Source of the DNA: Cetorhinus maximus
Lineage: Eukaryota
Direction of reading: 5' to 3'
Assembly (NCBI RefSeq): GCF_964194155.1
Contig: NC_135887.1
Span: 121,706,001 to 121,770,000, forward strand
DNA: 64,000 bases
The notes beneath the pieces are model-generated. The model was not told where the DNA came from, made no database searches, and worked only from the letters and a program-made list of their open reading frames with translations. Each line of letters starts with the position of its first letter. Position 1 is the stretch's first letter. Positions 1-14,144 of this stretch are shown here, in pieces. The translations under genes were made by a program, and so were the position numbers.

Positions 1-2149
1 GTTTCATTTTTTAAATTAATGACCTTCCAATGATGATCACTAAGAATACCAATTGCTTTGTCAGGAGCTGGAGCTCATGCTCAGACTTAGTATGATGTAT
101 TTTGTGTATTGAAGGTGACATGACATAGGTGGTCGGAGGTTGGGGGTTCACTTTGCTGCCAGATGGGGACCATATAAAACCAAATGCCCAGAGCTTCCCC
201 ATTACACCCCGCACAGTCAGTACTAATCGGTGCAGATCAGGAGACCCCAGTTTTGATTCTTGGTCAGCATTGAGTTAGTCAATCACAGCCAGGACTGCAG
301 CTGGGAGTGTTTTGAGCCCAACTTCAGGCACCTTTTGTTAAAGAAGGGAAAAAGTTCCCTTTTCCCGATCCATATCCCCTAATACACATAGCTATAGGGA
401 TAAATATGGCATGCATCTTCTAATATAATAAGCAGCATCAATCTTTGGTCTCTGTCATACACAAGCTGCTTTTGCTCTAGACGTTTCTCATTTATTGGTG
501 CGACCTGATTCCTTCACTGACACGCAAAAGCCAAGGAAACTCGCTTATGACATATCTTGAGGGGAGGTTGCAAACTATGTGACGGAAATGAAACAAGGGT
601 CAAAATAATTTCTTTCTCTAGGGCTCTTTTTGAGAAAAAAAACCTACCATAGTTTCCTCAAGAGCTAGTTTTGGATTTTTGGGGGTTACTTCTTGGTTTT
701 CTGGAGCTCCTTTTTCATTTTCACTAGCTCCTTTATTCGGCGATGCAATTACATAGTGACATTACCTTATTTATTTGTGTTGGTTTTTTTTTAGGGTTTC
801 CATCTTTAGGCAGGTCAGATAGCACAAATACCAAACAGGAAGACTTCTACATATATTATTAAATCTTTTATTCCTCATCAAAAATTCAATTTGTTCACAA
901 GAACTGTGCAAACCCTTACCCCTGCAGTTTGCAGACTATCACCGAGGGCTGCATTTTACACCCATCGTGTGCTGTTATTGATTCTTTTTCTCTAGAAATT
1001 GAATGCTGAGCTATATTTGCACTCCTCGTTAATATGACCAGGGCACCTTTGAAAACAGAATAAAGTTTCACTTACCAGTGCCCTGCCTACTTGCTCCCCT
1101 CCACCGCCCAGAGTAAAGCCAAACACACACTCACCCCAGGGTGGTATTATAAACACTAACTGGGGTTTTCAGAAGCCATTCCCCACCCCCCCAACACTGT
1201 GGACTGGAAGAACAGACTTTATCTCTGGCTGTATCTCTGGGCCTGCTCCCAGCCTCATTACTGTCGGGGATTTTACGGGCGTTCTCTCATCCTGGCTTTG
1301 GGCTGTGTTGAAAGCAATGGCAGCCGAGGAGCTGCTGGAGGCTCCACTCCAGGTGCCTTCTCCTTCTTTCTTTTCCTGCTTCTTCTCCTCCTCCACCAGG
1401 AGGATGTCAAACTCGCATGTCCAACAGCTGGTGACGGCCCAGCCAAAAGTCCCCTACATGGCGGCAGTGGGACCAGCCAGAATAACTGCTCTTCGACCTC
1501 CAATCACAGGTTCCCTCCCTCCCTGTCCTCGATACTCCTCCAATCATAGGTTCTGGCTCTGGAGAAGCAGCAAGAGTGGGAGGAAGGGAGCCTGTAATTG
1601 GAGGAGATGGAGCAGTGAGCATGGGAGATAGAGAACCTGTGAGGAACTGCTCCTCCAATCACAACTCCGCATTATTTTCCCGCTCTCACTGACAATACCA
1701 ATTGCTCAGCTTGGTTTGGACAACAGAGAAGATGAAGATTGGAGACATAGTTAAAATGGCAAAATTCCAAAGTGCAAACGTCAGAGATTTGCCAAACAGC
1801 GTGACGCAATGCGATGTTTACATTATTTATTGTTGACAACCAGTGGGGTAAATAAACAACTTGCTATAATGCAAGCTGATATGTATGGGGTCACCTTCTC
1901 TCTCTGCTCTACATTGGAGCTTTCGAGGGAGAATTTGCTCGCCACCGCCAGTTATTTTTGAGCCCTGAAACCTACAGTGCCTAGGTCTGCTGTGTAAGCA
2001 TTGGAGTCATTCTGATTACCTCTTGTAAGAGTACGAGATGAACATGAGTCTATTAGTTATAAACAGAAAATACTAGAAACTCTGAACAGTTCAGGCAGCA
2101 TCTATGGAGAGAAAATCAGGGTTAGCATTTCGGATCAATGAACTTTCAT

Positions 2150-2905
2150 TGTCTTTGACCTGAATGGTGTCTTGCTCACGGCCCCCCATGTCCCCCGCCA
2201 CCCCCGCCCCACCACACCCCACCCCCCCTCCCCGAGGAAATGTTGGATGCCAGCTAACCCATGTTAAGCAAGGCTGCCCTGCACCAATAACACGCTGCAG
2301 GCATGTGGACAGCATGGACAAGGTGAGGGTGGGACATCCACCCCCTCACTGGAAGGAAGTGCCACCCTCGAGAACTGCCAGCCAATCCAATTGACCAGCA
2401 GCTCTAGCAGTCCCAGTGGTGAGAGGGGTAGGTCTGGAGTTTTGGATGGGGAAAGGATTGGGGAGCCTAAGAAGTGGGTCAAGGGGAGTAGGGAGCAGGT
2501 TTTAGAGGCAAGATGGGGGTATCAGCTTTGTGGGGGGGGGGGTGTTGCTTCTGATGTGCACAGGGCACCCCACAAAGGATGTAACCACCCACCCCTCCTT
2601 CCTTCCTGCCTTTTAAGCAATTTGCTTAAAAATACGGCCTGCCTACTCCCACTCATCTACCCACGCCAACCATATTATTATTTGAGTCAATTGGCTTGGT
2701 AACAAGCTCGATTGACTGTTAATTATTCATTTTAAAATGGTGGGTAGGCTGCCGATTTTCGTGCCCGCCCACCTACCATATTATGGTGGAAAGCTCTGGG
2801 TGGGGGATGGGGTGTGGGGGGGGAGATGGGCAGGAAGGTGGTGGACTTGCCACCCCTCATATTTTACATGACCCCCCCAACCCCTCCCTGCTGAAAACGT
2901 GCCTG
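2150..2905. mobile_element. Degenerate Harbinger-like MITE
   Basis: GC-rich interior with ccaatc/attggc motifs like the other MITEs. The ends are decayed. Confidence 0.4.
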
Positions 2906-5741
2906 GCAGATATAAAATGCAGCCTGTTAACTCTGTTTCTCTGTCCACAGGTGCTTCCTGACCTGTTGAACATTTCCAGCATTTTCTGGTTATATATCAG
3001 ATTTCCATGATCTGTAGTGTTTTGCCTTGGTATCAGTGATTTCATTAATGACTGTCCGATTATGTACTGCATAGAATGTACAGCATAGAAGCAAACCACC
3101 AGGCGCAACTAGTCTATGCTGCACATGAATTCCCTCCCATCTTCCTTCATCTCCCCCCTCAGCATAACCTTCAATTCTTTTCTCCTTCTTGTGTTTATCT
3201 AACTTGCCATTAAACACACCTACGCTGTTCACCTGATCTATTTCTCATGGTAGCAGGTTCTACGTTGTAACTGCTCTTTGGGTAAAAATGCTTCTCCTGA
3301 ATTCCCTGGTAAATAAATGATCATTAAAAAGTGCCAATTCCTGAAACTGGAATGGTCATTGACATTTAAATAAGGGGCAACCTTTCACTCTGCTCCTGTT
3401 CAGGATCGAGCAGCTAAAGGCAGACATAATTCTAAAGAATGGCCTCATTAAAGGATCACATGGTTCTTTTCTTATACAAGGTGAGGTGTTCATGCTGGCC
3501 TAATAAATCATCATGACATTGACCTGATTCCAACTTTAATAGATCACCGCAGGACAGGTGCTACTTTGAGAGGCTCTCAAGCAGAAGAAATACATTAACA
3601 AAAGTTGATGCTTATTCTTCTATGACCTTTAAAGCATATAGATTTATCTGTTGCCTGCCAGCAGTGCTCAGAATTAAGATAAGGCTGATTTTTGTCTTCA
3701 AATGGCAACATCAGTTTGATTACAGAGCAAAATTGGCAAATACAATACGCAGTAACACAGTGCACAACAGCAAAGAAACCTGAATCTTCATGGGGCATCA
3801 AGTGGTCAGAGTGTAAAAACAGGTAATACCAACTCAGCTGCTTGTTATACACCGCTCCTGATTCTCGTTCCATTGGCTACTATCAGGAGAGGTTGATGAC
3901 GGGTGGCTGGATCAGATATTGTGTGTTTACACTGTGACCTAAAGTCAAAATTACCCCCCTTGCTTCAGTAAGCGCACACTGGCAAGAAACAGACGCAAGA
4001 TGTTTCCTTGTTCCAGTCAGGCCCCAAACCCAGGACCTTCACCTTTGCCTCGCACAACTTAACTTCAGACAAGTTTGTGGCACTGAACGGAGTTCAGAAC
4101 AATAGTTAAACTTATCAGGTGCTCTGTGCCTTGTGCTAATAATGACAGTACTCATGATTTTGATGCTTTTGGCTTCCAGTAACTGTTTTCTTCTTAAGTA
4201 CGTGTACATTTACCAGCAGTCTGTTTGTTACAAGCACACTGTGAAACACCATCTCAGTACATTACTCCCATGAAGTGACAGGGTTAGTTTCCATAATTAG
4301 CCCTTCATCTAGCAGCCTGGCCAAAATCCAAAAAGTAACTAGTTTTTGGCCAACATAAAGTGGATTTAAGTGCAAGCTCACCTGGCTATTAAAATCCTAA
4401 TTAGGTAGATGGCAGAAAGGATCTTAATGCTATTAGGCAGCATTTGAACACTCATACCCTTCCCCCATATAAATGACTCTCAAAATAACCAAATAGGCTC
4501 AGGACCAGGTTAAACTTTTCCTGAAACTCTTTTTTCCAAAATAAAAGCAATTATTGACCTGCTACCAAAATATTCAATGCCTTTGGGTCAGAGAGCACAA
4601 TCCCAAGCAGTTTGGCTGAAGAAGATGTGTAGCAAAAGGAGACCTCCAGATATACAATGCAGGGGGTGGAGAGGGAAGCATGCATTAACACATCTGAGAA
4701 AAATAGCTGCAAAACACAAAATATATATTATAAAAATACATGCAGGAGTTACTTTTTAACTGCTGCTTGTATCTTTCTCCGCTGTAAATGGGGCAGTCAG
4801 CAATTGAAAATTGTAAAAAATAACATCACTCACCCATTGGCAGGATTAAATCCATGTGACTTGATTTACAGGTTTACCTTGAAATGAGCGAATAAGAGTC
4901 CTATTAAAATATTTAATTAGGGGTTCTCTGCTAGTTTTAGGACCTTGACCTCATTTTGTGTACCAATGGGCAGATTGCTCAGGAGACCTATCAAAATTTG
5001 ACACCTGGGATGGCTGACTCTTGGCAGTCCTCGTCATTGGTTTACAAGCCATCGCCCCTTTACCGCCAGGTTGGAACCACCACACACACACCTTCATTGC
5101 TGTCTGATTGATATGCGGTTTCTCCAAATTTTCCACCATTTTACTGGTGCTGTGGAGATGAGGTTCAAACATGCCAGTTGGTCAGGCCTCTGACAGATGC
5201 TGTGGTCTAACTGTGAAAATTGGTTAGGCCTCCTGCTGATGGAACAAAAGATAAGGCTTAACCGTAAATGACAACTTGTCAGCCATCTTATTGTAGATAT
5301 AGAGATGAGGAGCAACCATTGGTCAGATATCTCTTTGCCGCCTTCAGGCAGGTGCAAATAATGCCACATCAATGCCTATTTTGGTCTACTACTTCAAAAT
5401 TGCCCCAGTGAGTTCCTGTTGTTGGCGTCTGCATCAACCAGAGGTAACAGGGGTAAGAGTCACTTGGTTATGGGACTGCATGTCGGAAGTTATGAAATGG
5501 ATTATCGGCTGTCTCCTTTGCCTAGTGTTGTGTTGGGTAGGGATTGACGCATGATTTGTGTACAATGGAACCTAAAAAAGGAGGAATGTTTAAATTACAT
5601 ATTTTCCTGAAAAAATGTATCTGTATAGCCTAGTTTTATGCATCTTACATTTAATATTTGATTTGTTCACTGGCTATGATGGAAAAATCATGTTATTCAA
5701 ATCTTCATTTAAATGACATACTTGTTAGTTTGCTTAGAACA

Positions 5742-5988
5742 TTTAAGCGCTTTACAGCTAATGAAGTATTTTTGATGAAATGTGTGAAACACAGAAGCCA
5801 GACTGTACACAGCAAGCTCCCACAAACAGCTACGTGATCATGACCAGTTGATCTGTTCTTTTTGTGCTATTAGTTCAGGAATAAATATTGACCAGGACTT
5901 TCAAGCTCTTCTTCAAAATACTGTTATGTAATATTTTATATTCACCTGAGAGGGCAGACAGGACCTTAAACTCTTGTCCAAAGGATAG
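5742..5988 (-). mobile_element. Deu-SINE 3' part
   Basis: aagcgctttacagctaatgaagta...cagcaagctcccacaaacagc...cacctgagagggcagac. Confidence 0.75.
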
Positions 5989-6518
5989 GGGGTAAAGAAT
6001 CAGAAGCAGGCTAGGTCAGGGTGCTCAGTTTAAAATGTTCTTGATGCTTCCATCTGTGCCTCTGAAAATGTCACCAATTATTTTCTGGTTGTGTACAATT
6101 ATGTAGCAGGCTATTCATGAATGGATTAGTTGTCCTCATTTAAATGAGGCCACAGCGAATTTTCATTGCAGTGTCTTCACATGCCAGAAATATGTTCACT
6201 GAGGAAGGGGGGAAGGGGGGGCGCGAGTGGTAGTAAATGCCTTTTGTACTCTCACACGTGAAAACATATCGCAAAAAAGTTTTCAGGAAGAGGGTGAAAT
6301 CTAATGAGTTTGGTTGCTGTGTAGTTATAAAACAAGGGCTGGGATTTAATGAAGCCTAGCCAAGCAGTCATGATAGCGGGGTAGAAGAGGGCACGGGACA
6401 ATAGGTTGGGAGTACCCATTCTGATTCCCGGCATCAGGAAAACTGGCCGCATTTTAGTGGGTGCGTGGGAAGGGCCCTACAGGGGAAACTCTTTCGAGTT
6501 ATCAACAGTCACAGATTG

Positions 6519-6756
6519 CAACTCTTTCGAGTACAATCACAGTTCTTGATTTTCCGGGAGTGGGACATGAACCCACAACCCTCTGATTCAAAGGCGAGGG
6601 TGCTATGAACTGAGCCACAGCTGACACCTCAGGGAGGGTCTTTTTCAACTCTTTCGAGTACATTCACAGTTCTTGGTTTTCCGGGAGTGGGACATGAACC
6701 CACAACCCTCTGATTCAAAGGCGAGGGTGCTATGAACTGAACCACAGCTGACACCT
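6519..6756. repeat. Direct duplication of 111 bp (period 127) containing a Deu-SINE head on the minus strand
   Basis: 6519-6629 versus 6646-6756 with 3 mismatches. A third AACTCTTTCGAGT occurs at 6487. Confidence 0.92.
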
Positions 6757-7341
6757 GCCCACTGGTGATGGGATGTCAACGAGGCTCGTTAATGAGCCAC
6801 TTGAAGCCAATTATCCCTGAGCCCACTGGAATCGTTTGGTGACTCAGGGATTTAATGGGGACCCATGTGGGGCTACCGTGGCTCCTGAAGGCCACCCAGC
6901 AAACCCTATCCAATTTGCCTGTGGCCTCATTGGGGTGGGTGGGAGGGGGATCCCTCGTTGCCAGGCACTCAATGACCAATTGAGGGACCCGGTATCGGGA
7001 AGCAGTGGGGGGGGAGGTTACTGAAAACCACTCCCCTGCCCTTGCATCCAAACCCCCTCCCCACAACCCTCATCTATCTCCAGGGATCCAGTGATGATCT
7101 CTGGATCATCACTGCTCTCAGTGATGCTGCCGGCAATGGAGAGATGTCAGCCTCTGATTGGCCAGCGTTTCTCGGGAGTGGGATGTCCACCCTCTGGGGG
7201 CCTTGATGAGGTGGGAAGCCTAATGCTGGCCAGTTAAGTACCTAATTGCTTTTAAATTGCGCTGGGCCTCCTGGACAGAAGCAACGCAGGTCTCCCGTGG
7301 GTGAGGGGGATTCCACCCCTCAGTGGAAGCAAATTCTACCC
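6757..7341. mobile_element. Degenerate Harbinger-like MITE, right part
   Basis: Ends in AAATTCTACCC. Interior resembles 13209-14144 and 28014-28718 (ctctgattggccagc). Confidence 0.45.
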
Positions 7342-7690
7342 AACAGTTTTTGGGGGGTCAATTTGAAAGGTACAATTTAAATCTCATTGGCACTGTTTGA
7401 GATATGTGTTGCTTCTGGCTCTGTGGTTTTTGGATCTGTGAGCAGGTATAAATTGGGGTTAGGTCCGCCAGTCCTGGTTGAATGAATCCCTGGAGGTTTC
7501 ATCACCTGACATTGTGCATCCCACTGCCCTGCCCCCACTCTGCTGCTATTGTTTGTCCGACATGTCCATCCTCACAGTGCCCCACCTTGTCGTGAAACTT
7601 GGAAAAGAAGAAGAAAGAAATGCATTTATATAGCACCTTTCATGACCACTGGATGTCTCAAAATGTTTAACAGACACAAAAGTACACTTG

Positions 7691-8415
7691 GGGCAGGATT
7701 TTACGTGTCGGCGAGAAGGGGGGGTGGGGCCTGTTCGCCGACGCGTAAAATGACGCACAGTGACTTCAGGGGGAACTCCCGACGTCACCGCGCCCCATTT
7801 AAATTTTCAGGAAGGCAGGGGCGCAGTGGAATCATCTGCGCGCCCCCCCAACCTGTCAATGGCCAATTGAGGTCATTGACAGAGGCTATTAAGTAATTAA
7901 AGGACCTGCACGTCCAACCTTAAGTTGGGCGGGCAGGCCAGGAGCCCCGGCGGGAATTAGAAAAAGCATGAAACCACATCCACAGGCGGGATGAGGTTTC
8001 ATGTAGGTTTTAAAAAATTTTAATAAAGTTTTTGTGAAAATTATGGACATGTCCCAATTCATATGACTTTGTCACATGAGAGGACATGTTAGGGAAATTT
8101 TATTTTTATATTTTTATATTTTTGACATTTACAGCCGATTTTCCCTGAGGCAGCACTTAGCCTGAGGGAGATGAGTGCGCTCTTTCATGCACATGCGTGA
8201 AAGAGCGCACTCTCCATTTTGGGATCCCCCCGCCCGCACAGGGAGCACATAGCGCTTCTGTGCGGACGTCACGTTGGGCGGGCCTTAATTGGCCCACCCA
8301 CATAAAATGGCGCTGCACCCCTGATCGGGGGCGCCGATCAGAAGTGCGCCTGTGTGTGCCCACCATTCAACGCGTGTTCCCCCCCCCCACCCCCGACGGG
8401 GGGAGAATTCAGCCC
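7691..8415 (+). mobile_element. Harbinger-type MITE inserted in a Deu-SINE
   Basis: Ends GGGCAGGATT and AATTCAGCCC. Perfect 3-bp TSD TTG (7688-7690 and 8416-8418). The SINE sequence resumes on both sides. Confidence 0.88.
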
Positions 8416-8659
8416 TTGAAGTTTAGTCACTGTTGCATCGTAGGAAACGCAACAGCTAATTTGTGCACAGCAAACTCCCACAAACAGCAATGCGATAATG
8501 CCAAGATAACCTGTTTTTAGTGATTGATTGAGGGTTAAATATTGGCCAGAACAGTGGGGATAACTTCTCTGCTCTTCTTCTAAATAGTGGCATCGGATCT
8601 TTTACGCCCACCTGAGAGGGCATTTGGACCTTGGTTCAACATCCCATTCGAAAAACATT

Positions 8660-9347
8660 GGCCGGGATCTTTAGGTCGGCTAGCGGGGGGGCGGGGCCCG
8701 CTCGCCAACGCGTAAAATGGCGTGGGATGACTTCTGGAGGAATTCCTGACGTCACCCCCACATCTTTTCAATTTTCAGGTCAGTGGGGGCGCAGTTGAAT
8801 CAGCTGTGCGCCCACCGACCTGTCAACGGCCTATTGAGGCCATTTAAAAAGTAATTGACTTAATTAATGGACCTGCCCGTCCAAACTTAAGGTTGGTGAG
8901 CAGGCTGGGAGCCCTGGCGGGCTTCAGAAAAAGCATGAAACCTCATCCATGAGCGGGATGAGGTTTCATGAGGGTTTTTAAAGATTTAATAAAAGTTAGA
9001 GTTAAAGTGATGGACATGTCTCAACCCATGTGACATTGTCACATGAAGGGACATGTCAGGGAAATTTTGTTTCTGCTCCTTGACCATCTTTAAATTTGGC
9101 ACCGATCTCCCTGAGGCAGCACTTAGCCTCAGGGAGAAGAGTGTGCTCTTTCACGTGCATGCGCTAAAGAGCGCAATCTCGGCAGAGGGATTCACCCCCC
9201 CCCCACTGCCCGCCCCTGCTCCCCCCAGCGCACACAGGCCAGCCCACGTAAAATGGCGGCGCGCCCCCAATTGGGGGCACCGATCAGAAATGCGCCCGCC
9301 AGTGCCCGCTCCTGCACTTCCCCCTCTATGGGGGGAAAATTCTTCCC
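8660..9347 (+). mobile_element. Harbinger-type MITE, same family as 7691-8415, in the same SINE
   Basis: Ends GGCCGGGATCTT and AAAATTCTTCCC. TSD ATT (8657-8659 and 9348-9350). Internal sequence is collinear with 7691-8415, e.g. ccctgaggcagcacttagcct. Confidence 0.85.
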
Positions 9348-12300
9348 ATTGTATCCAACAGTGCAGCACTCTCTCAGTACAGCACTGAAACACCAGCCTA
9401 GATTTTCATGTTGAAGTCCTGGGAGAGGACTTGAAACCAGAACCTTCTGACTCAGAAGTGAGAGTGCTGCCAACTGAGCCACGGCTGATAATTTTCAAGC
9501 GAAAAGACCCAATCGGATGATTCTTGACTGTCAGCCAAACAACCTTCCTTCCCCATCTCCAATATTTAATAACTAATATACAGACGTTCAAAGAAAATGG
9601 AAGAAAAAACACACTTTTTAATGCCCCTACAATTTTCTCCAGGGTTTGGTTGCAGCTGTGCCCTGAAAATTAACCATCTATTCCTGGAGACACAAGGCCA
9701 ATTCCTGGATGATAATCAGGTAGAAGTTGCTATGCAAAGAGTCTGCTTCATACATAAAATGGGTGCAAAAGAAACCAATTTAGCAGTGAGATGTCCTGCA
9801 TCCAATCTGTGCTTGATCTCACTGCCAAATTTGCAGGGTCCATCTTTCCGGAGTCCCGGATTTACAGTTAAAATCAGCATTAGAACCTTGATTTTGGAAA
9901 TCAGGGGCCTAGCATCTTTTGAAGGATCTCTTTGACAAATTGGCCACCTCAGGATTGTCCAGCAGCCACCACTCAAAGCTAAGCCTTGGAGGTTGTTTTC
10001 TTCAAAAGAACACCTTTCTGAGGAGCCAGGAGGAGCAATTGATACCCGCCCCCCAACCCATAGTCCACTCCTACGCCCTTCCTGATGTTACCTGGGGGTT
10101 GCTGACTGAGAGGTACACAGCATAAAATTGGTCTCTTCTGTCACATGAACTGCCTGTGGAGGAGCAACCAGCGGTGATGGCTCCCCCACAATATGCATTG
10201 AGGCATAGGTGCTCTGTTCCAGATAGGTGGGTGGTGAGGAATAGAACTGGAGCTTAATCTTTACACACTTATACATTTTTATTTACAGAGACACACATGA
10301 CAAGCATGCACCTCCAAACCCAGCAACCACTGTTTCAATCTGCTCCTATTTACACTCTTTTGAAGAAAAGCCATACCTCTGACAGTGCAGCACTCCCTTA
10401 GCACTGCATTGAGGCATTAATCTAGATGATGTGCTCCAGTTTCTGGAGTGGGGACTGAACCGACAACTTTCTGACTTGAAAGCGCAAGAACTACCGCTGG
10501 GCCGCAGCTGACCTGCTCCTATTTATAGGAGTACAAGTGAATCCCCAGTTAATCCACAATCAGAATACAATTAAACACTCAATTAATACCTGGGGCCAAC
10601 ATCTATTGATCCTCAGGTCTCTTGCTTTGGCTGGATTCACAGAGCCTGGGCTCATGGACCCAGACTAATTTCGACTCCATTATCTTCTCATGCTCTGTGC
10701 TTGCCTTGCTTCCACTTGCCATGACCTTATTGGCTACTGTTGTGAATTGAGTGATTTGAAAAGGCAGAAAGCTGATTTACATGAGAGTGTTATTTACTTT
10801 AAAAAAAAATGACTGCTAATTAGACATATTAACCAGTTAAAATATAAAATAGAGATAGGATGGTCAAATTTTTATGTCCAACCCAGAAAAGAAGCTGTGA
10901 AAATTATTTTCAAGACCTCCAAACTGACCTGAGAAGGGAATGCCATTATATCTACACCTTTTGTTCCAATAGGAAGATAAATCTAATAAGACATATTTTG
11001 GCGAGCGCTTAACTTTCCCTTCTGCATATTCAATTAGTGCTCCATGTCTCCTAGCAACTCCATCCATGGAGACATGCAAATAGCGTAAGGATTCATACAA
11101 GGTGGGTGGACCGTTTACTGCCAGGTTAAGGTATTGCAGGGTTCCAGGTATAACTGTTGATGTGCTGAAGAGTTTGGAGTCGTAGCCTTGTGGAAGGAAT
11201 GAGCTTTTCACACTCGAGGGGACAGAAGGCTTAAGGCAACCAATACGTAATCCGAAATAATAAGTATCCTTTTTTAAAAATTTCCTTCAGATGCTTCAAA
11301 TAATGGTGTGATGTAATGCTCGCATATATCTGTCGTTCAGCCATGCCCTGATGACACTGTGCTATATATTACAGCATGTTTATGCAAATAGTTTTGGTGG
11401 TAGAAATCTAAACAGTGAGATTTCTGATTCTTTGGGTAATGTGTTATCCTTAAAGACGTAACGCACAAAGCCAAGAGATCTCGGAGAACTGTACTGCAGT
11501 TTTCATTATTCCTGGAGCTCCATGATTGGACCTTATCACCTGAGAGGTCCATGCACAAGGTCAAAAGAGAGTGATTTTTGCAAGCAATAGTTGCTGTTGT
11601 TTATCACTATCCTGAAATGGAGTTGAAAGTAATTGAAATCTATTGTCCGTGGCATATGTTTAATCTTCCTGTGTATGTAACTTGACATCAAAGTGAGTAT
11701 AGCTGTGATTTGAATGGACCCATTGCATGGTCTCACAGTCCCAGTAAGATTAATTATTTTGTAACCCTTTCAACAATTTTTTCTTGCAGTTAGTTCAACA
11801 GGCGTATAATCAAGAGAGATGGCACAAAGGTCACTTCATAAATGACTGGGGAGATGGACAGGAGTTTTCTGTATTGGGTTTGACAGTTCTGCATTTGATA
11901 AAAACACACCATAAGGACTGGTATGTGAAATGTAATCAGCACAGAGGGAAAAATTCATGTAGGCATAATTGCTGTTTATGACATACTTGAAACCTATAAT
12001 TTCAATAGCTTTGCTGTTTGCAATTCATTTTTTTTTTCTTTGTAGTGCCACAATCTCTTTGTATGAAAGAATATAATCTATCTAAGTTTAGTCAATGATG
12101 AGACAAAACCAAAGGGAGAGATACCAGTAGATTCAGAAAGGGAACTTATGCCTTCCTCTCCTCATCCGCCCACACCCCGCCCCCTACCCCAACCCATATG
12201 TTAAAATGCTGCCACTGCCAACAGCCCTGGTTTTAGGGGCAGTTCTGGGATGTAGACAAGGTGCTGCTTCCTCGCTGAAGGGCAGCATCCCTTGCACTGG

Positions 12301-12404
12301 TCCTCTTACTGGGCCCATCTGTAGGCAACCGGTGTGAATTAACCAACTTTGCTGGTGCCCCTTGTCTCCCGATAACAGTATTTGGTTGGCCTACATCTTT
12401 ATTC

Positions 12405-12692
12405 AAAAATTGTTTATTCACTTTGCATTGCTGGCAAGAGCAGCATTTATTCTCCATCCCTTATTGCCCTTGAGAAGGTGGTGATGAGCCTGAGCCTCGA
12501 GCTGCTGGTATAGATACACCCACAGTGCTGTTAGGGAAGGAGTTCCAAGTGACAGTGAAGGACGGTGATATATTTCCAAGTCAGGATGGTGTGTGACTTG
12601 AAGGGGAGTATGACGTGGTGCTGTTCCCATGCACCTGCTGCTCTTGCCCTTCTAGGCTGAAGAGGTTGCAGGTCTGGGAGGTGCTGTCCAGG
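12405..12692 (-). mobile_element. Same CR1-group family, 3' tail fragment
   Basis: HHHLLKGN and gcccttgagaaggtggtg, as in 14670-14700. Confidence 0.8.
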
Positions 12693-13208
12693 TAAACTTC
12701 GCGAGACCTTGTGAATTGACCATGAGCTAACACCTGTTGGAAGCATCTAAACTGAGGCTAAACTGCTCAGACAGTGTAAAAGCCATGAAACCTCTGCAAA
12801 AAATTGATGTTGTTAGTGTCTGGCTGGGTAGCTTTCCTCTATCAATTGGCAGAAAAACTTCTATATTTACGAACGTACGAGTAATGACAGACAAGAGTAG
12901 ACCCTTTGGCCCATCCAGTCTGTCCTACCCAACTGCTTGTACACCACAACATACATGTTCTCCACACCATCCAAAACCATCCAATCACCTGGGAGAGGTG
13001 AAAAGCCAGTTAAAAAGACAGGCCAATTTGGCAAAAAAAAGATTTATTTGTCTGTACCTGGATCAGATCTTATTAATGTGCATGGGGCTTGATTTTTCTT
13101 TTTGCTTAAAGATAAGCTTGCCCTTGTCCCCATCAGGGTTCACATTCAGGAAATAGTTTTAACTCCATGTTTTTTTTGTTGGTTCTCGAGTCGAAAGAAT
13201 GCATGAAC

Positions 13209-14144
13209 GGGCTGAATTTTACCTCAAGCAAGCAAGTCCCGCCACTCAGAAATTAACCCTTCACCGAGCTGTGAAGTTGTGGGGGAGGGGTCATTAGCAT
13301 GCCATCAGGAGGCGCTCACAGCTAGGATCCTGGAGCCATGTGTCACTGATGGGGCATGTCTGTAAGGAGGTGAAAGTTTGCACCCCCGACCACTATCCCC
13401 AGCCGAGTGCCACCAAGCGCCTGATTTGACAATCTCTTCCCACCAGCTACTTCAGCCGAGAGTACAGGGCATTCCAGATTCCTGTCCAAACGCCCTTCCT
13501 GTGGCCCTAGGCTTCCACCCAGTAAGTAATAGGGCCGGTGTCGGAAACACCGTCCAATTAAGAATGGCAGCCTGCTTCCCAGAACTGCCAGGCAAACCAG
13601 AGGGGCCAATAGAGGTGGTCACTGCTGAGGCTCTGAGGAGAAGGAGCAGGTCCCTCCATGTTGAGGTGCCTTTGGAGGGCCAGGAAGACATTCCTTTCAT
13701 GTGCTGGGGCCAGGCAGGCAGACCCCAGGTGATCGGAGGGGGGTGAACCCTCCAGTGTTTGCACAAGGGCCACAGGGGCGGTCATTATCATCGGTGGGCC
13801 CCTCTGTGGGCCATAAATCTTGGGGAAAGCAGGGCCCCCCCCCCCATCTCCGCCACCCCCTCCACCACCCCCAGAAGCCTCTGGGAAGCTGCCTGGTAGC
13901 TGGTGGTCTCCCAGCAGAAGGTGGTTGTTCGAATGCCAGTAAATCACCATCAATAGACCAATTAATTGCCTAATTGGCCATCGTCTCTGGTTGGCAGGTA
14001 GCAGAGCCGCTGCCATTCTCATCTTTGGCAATATCCGGTGGCAGCAGGAACATGCAGGGCTTCCCGCCTGATGCCTTTTTGCCACCATTTTACCACACCT
14101 CCCGCCTTCCAACGTGTCTCCAAAGGGCTGGCAAAATTCAGCCC
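13209..14144. mobile_element. Harbinger-type MITE
   Basis: Perfect 12-bp TIR GGGCTGAATTTT/AAAATTCAGCCC. TSD AAC/AAT. Confidence 0.85.

Larger units (their letters stand above)
7605..9488 (-). mobile_element. Deu-SINE split into three pieces by two MITEs
   Basis: 7605-7690, 8416-8659 and 9348-9488 reassemble into the reverse complement of 52372-52845. Confidence 0.85.

Noticed and set aside
4930-5560. Possible retroelement coding remnant
   Set aside because: No diagnostic motif was found in any provided frame.
10860-11750. Cluster of minus-strand ORFs suggesting a decayed coding relic
   Set aside because: No recognisable domain motifs, so it cannot be supported without a BLASTx search.
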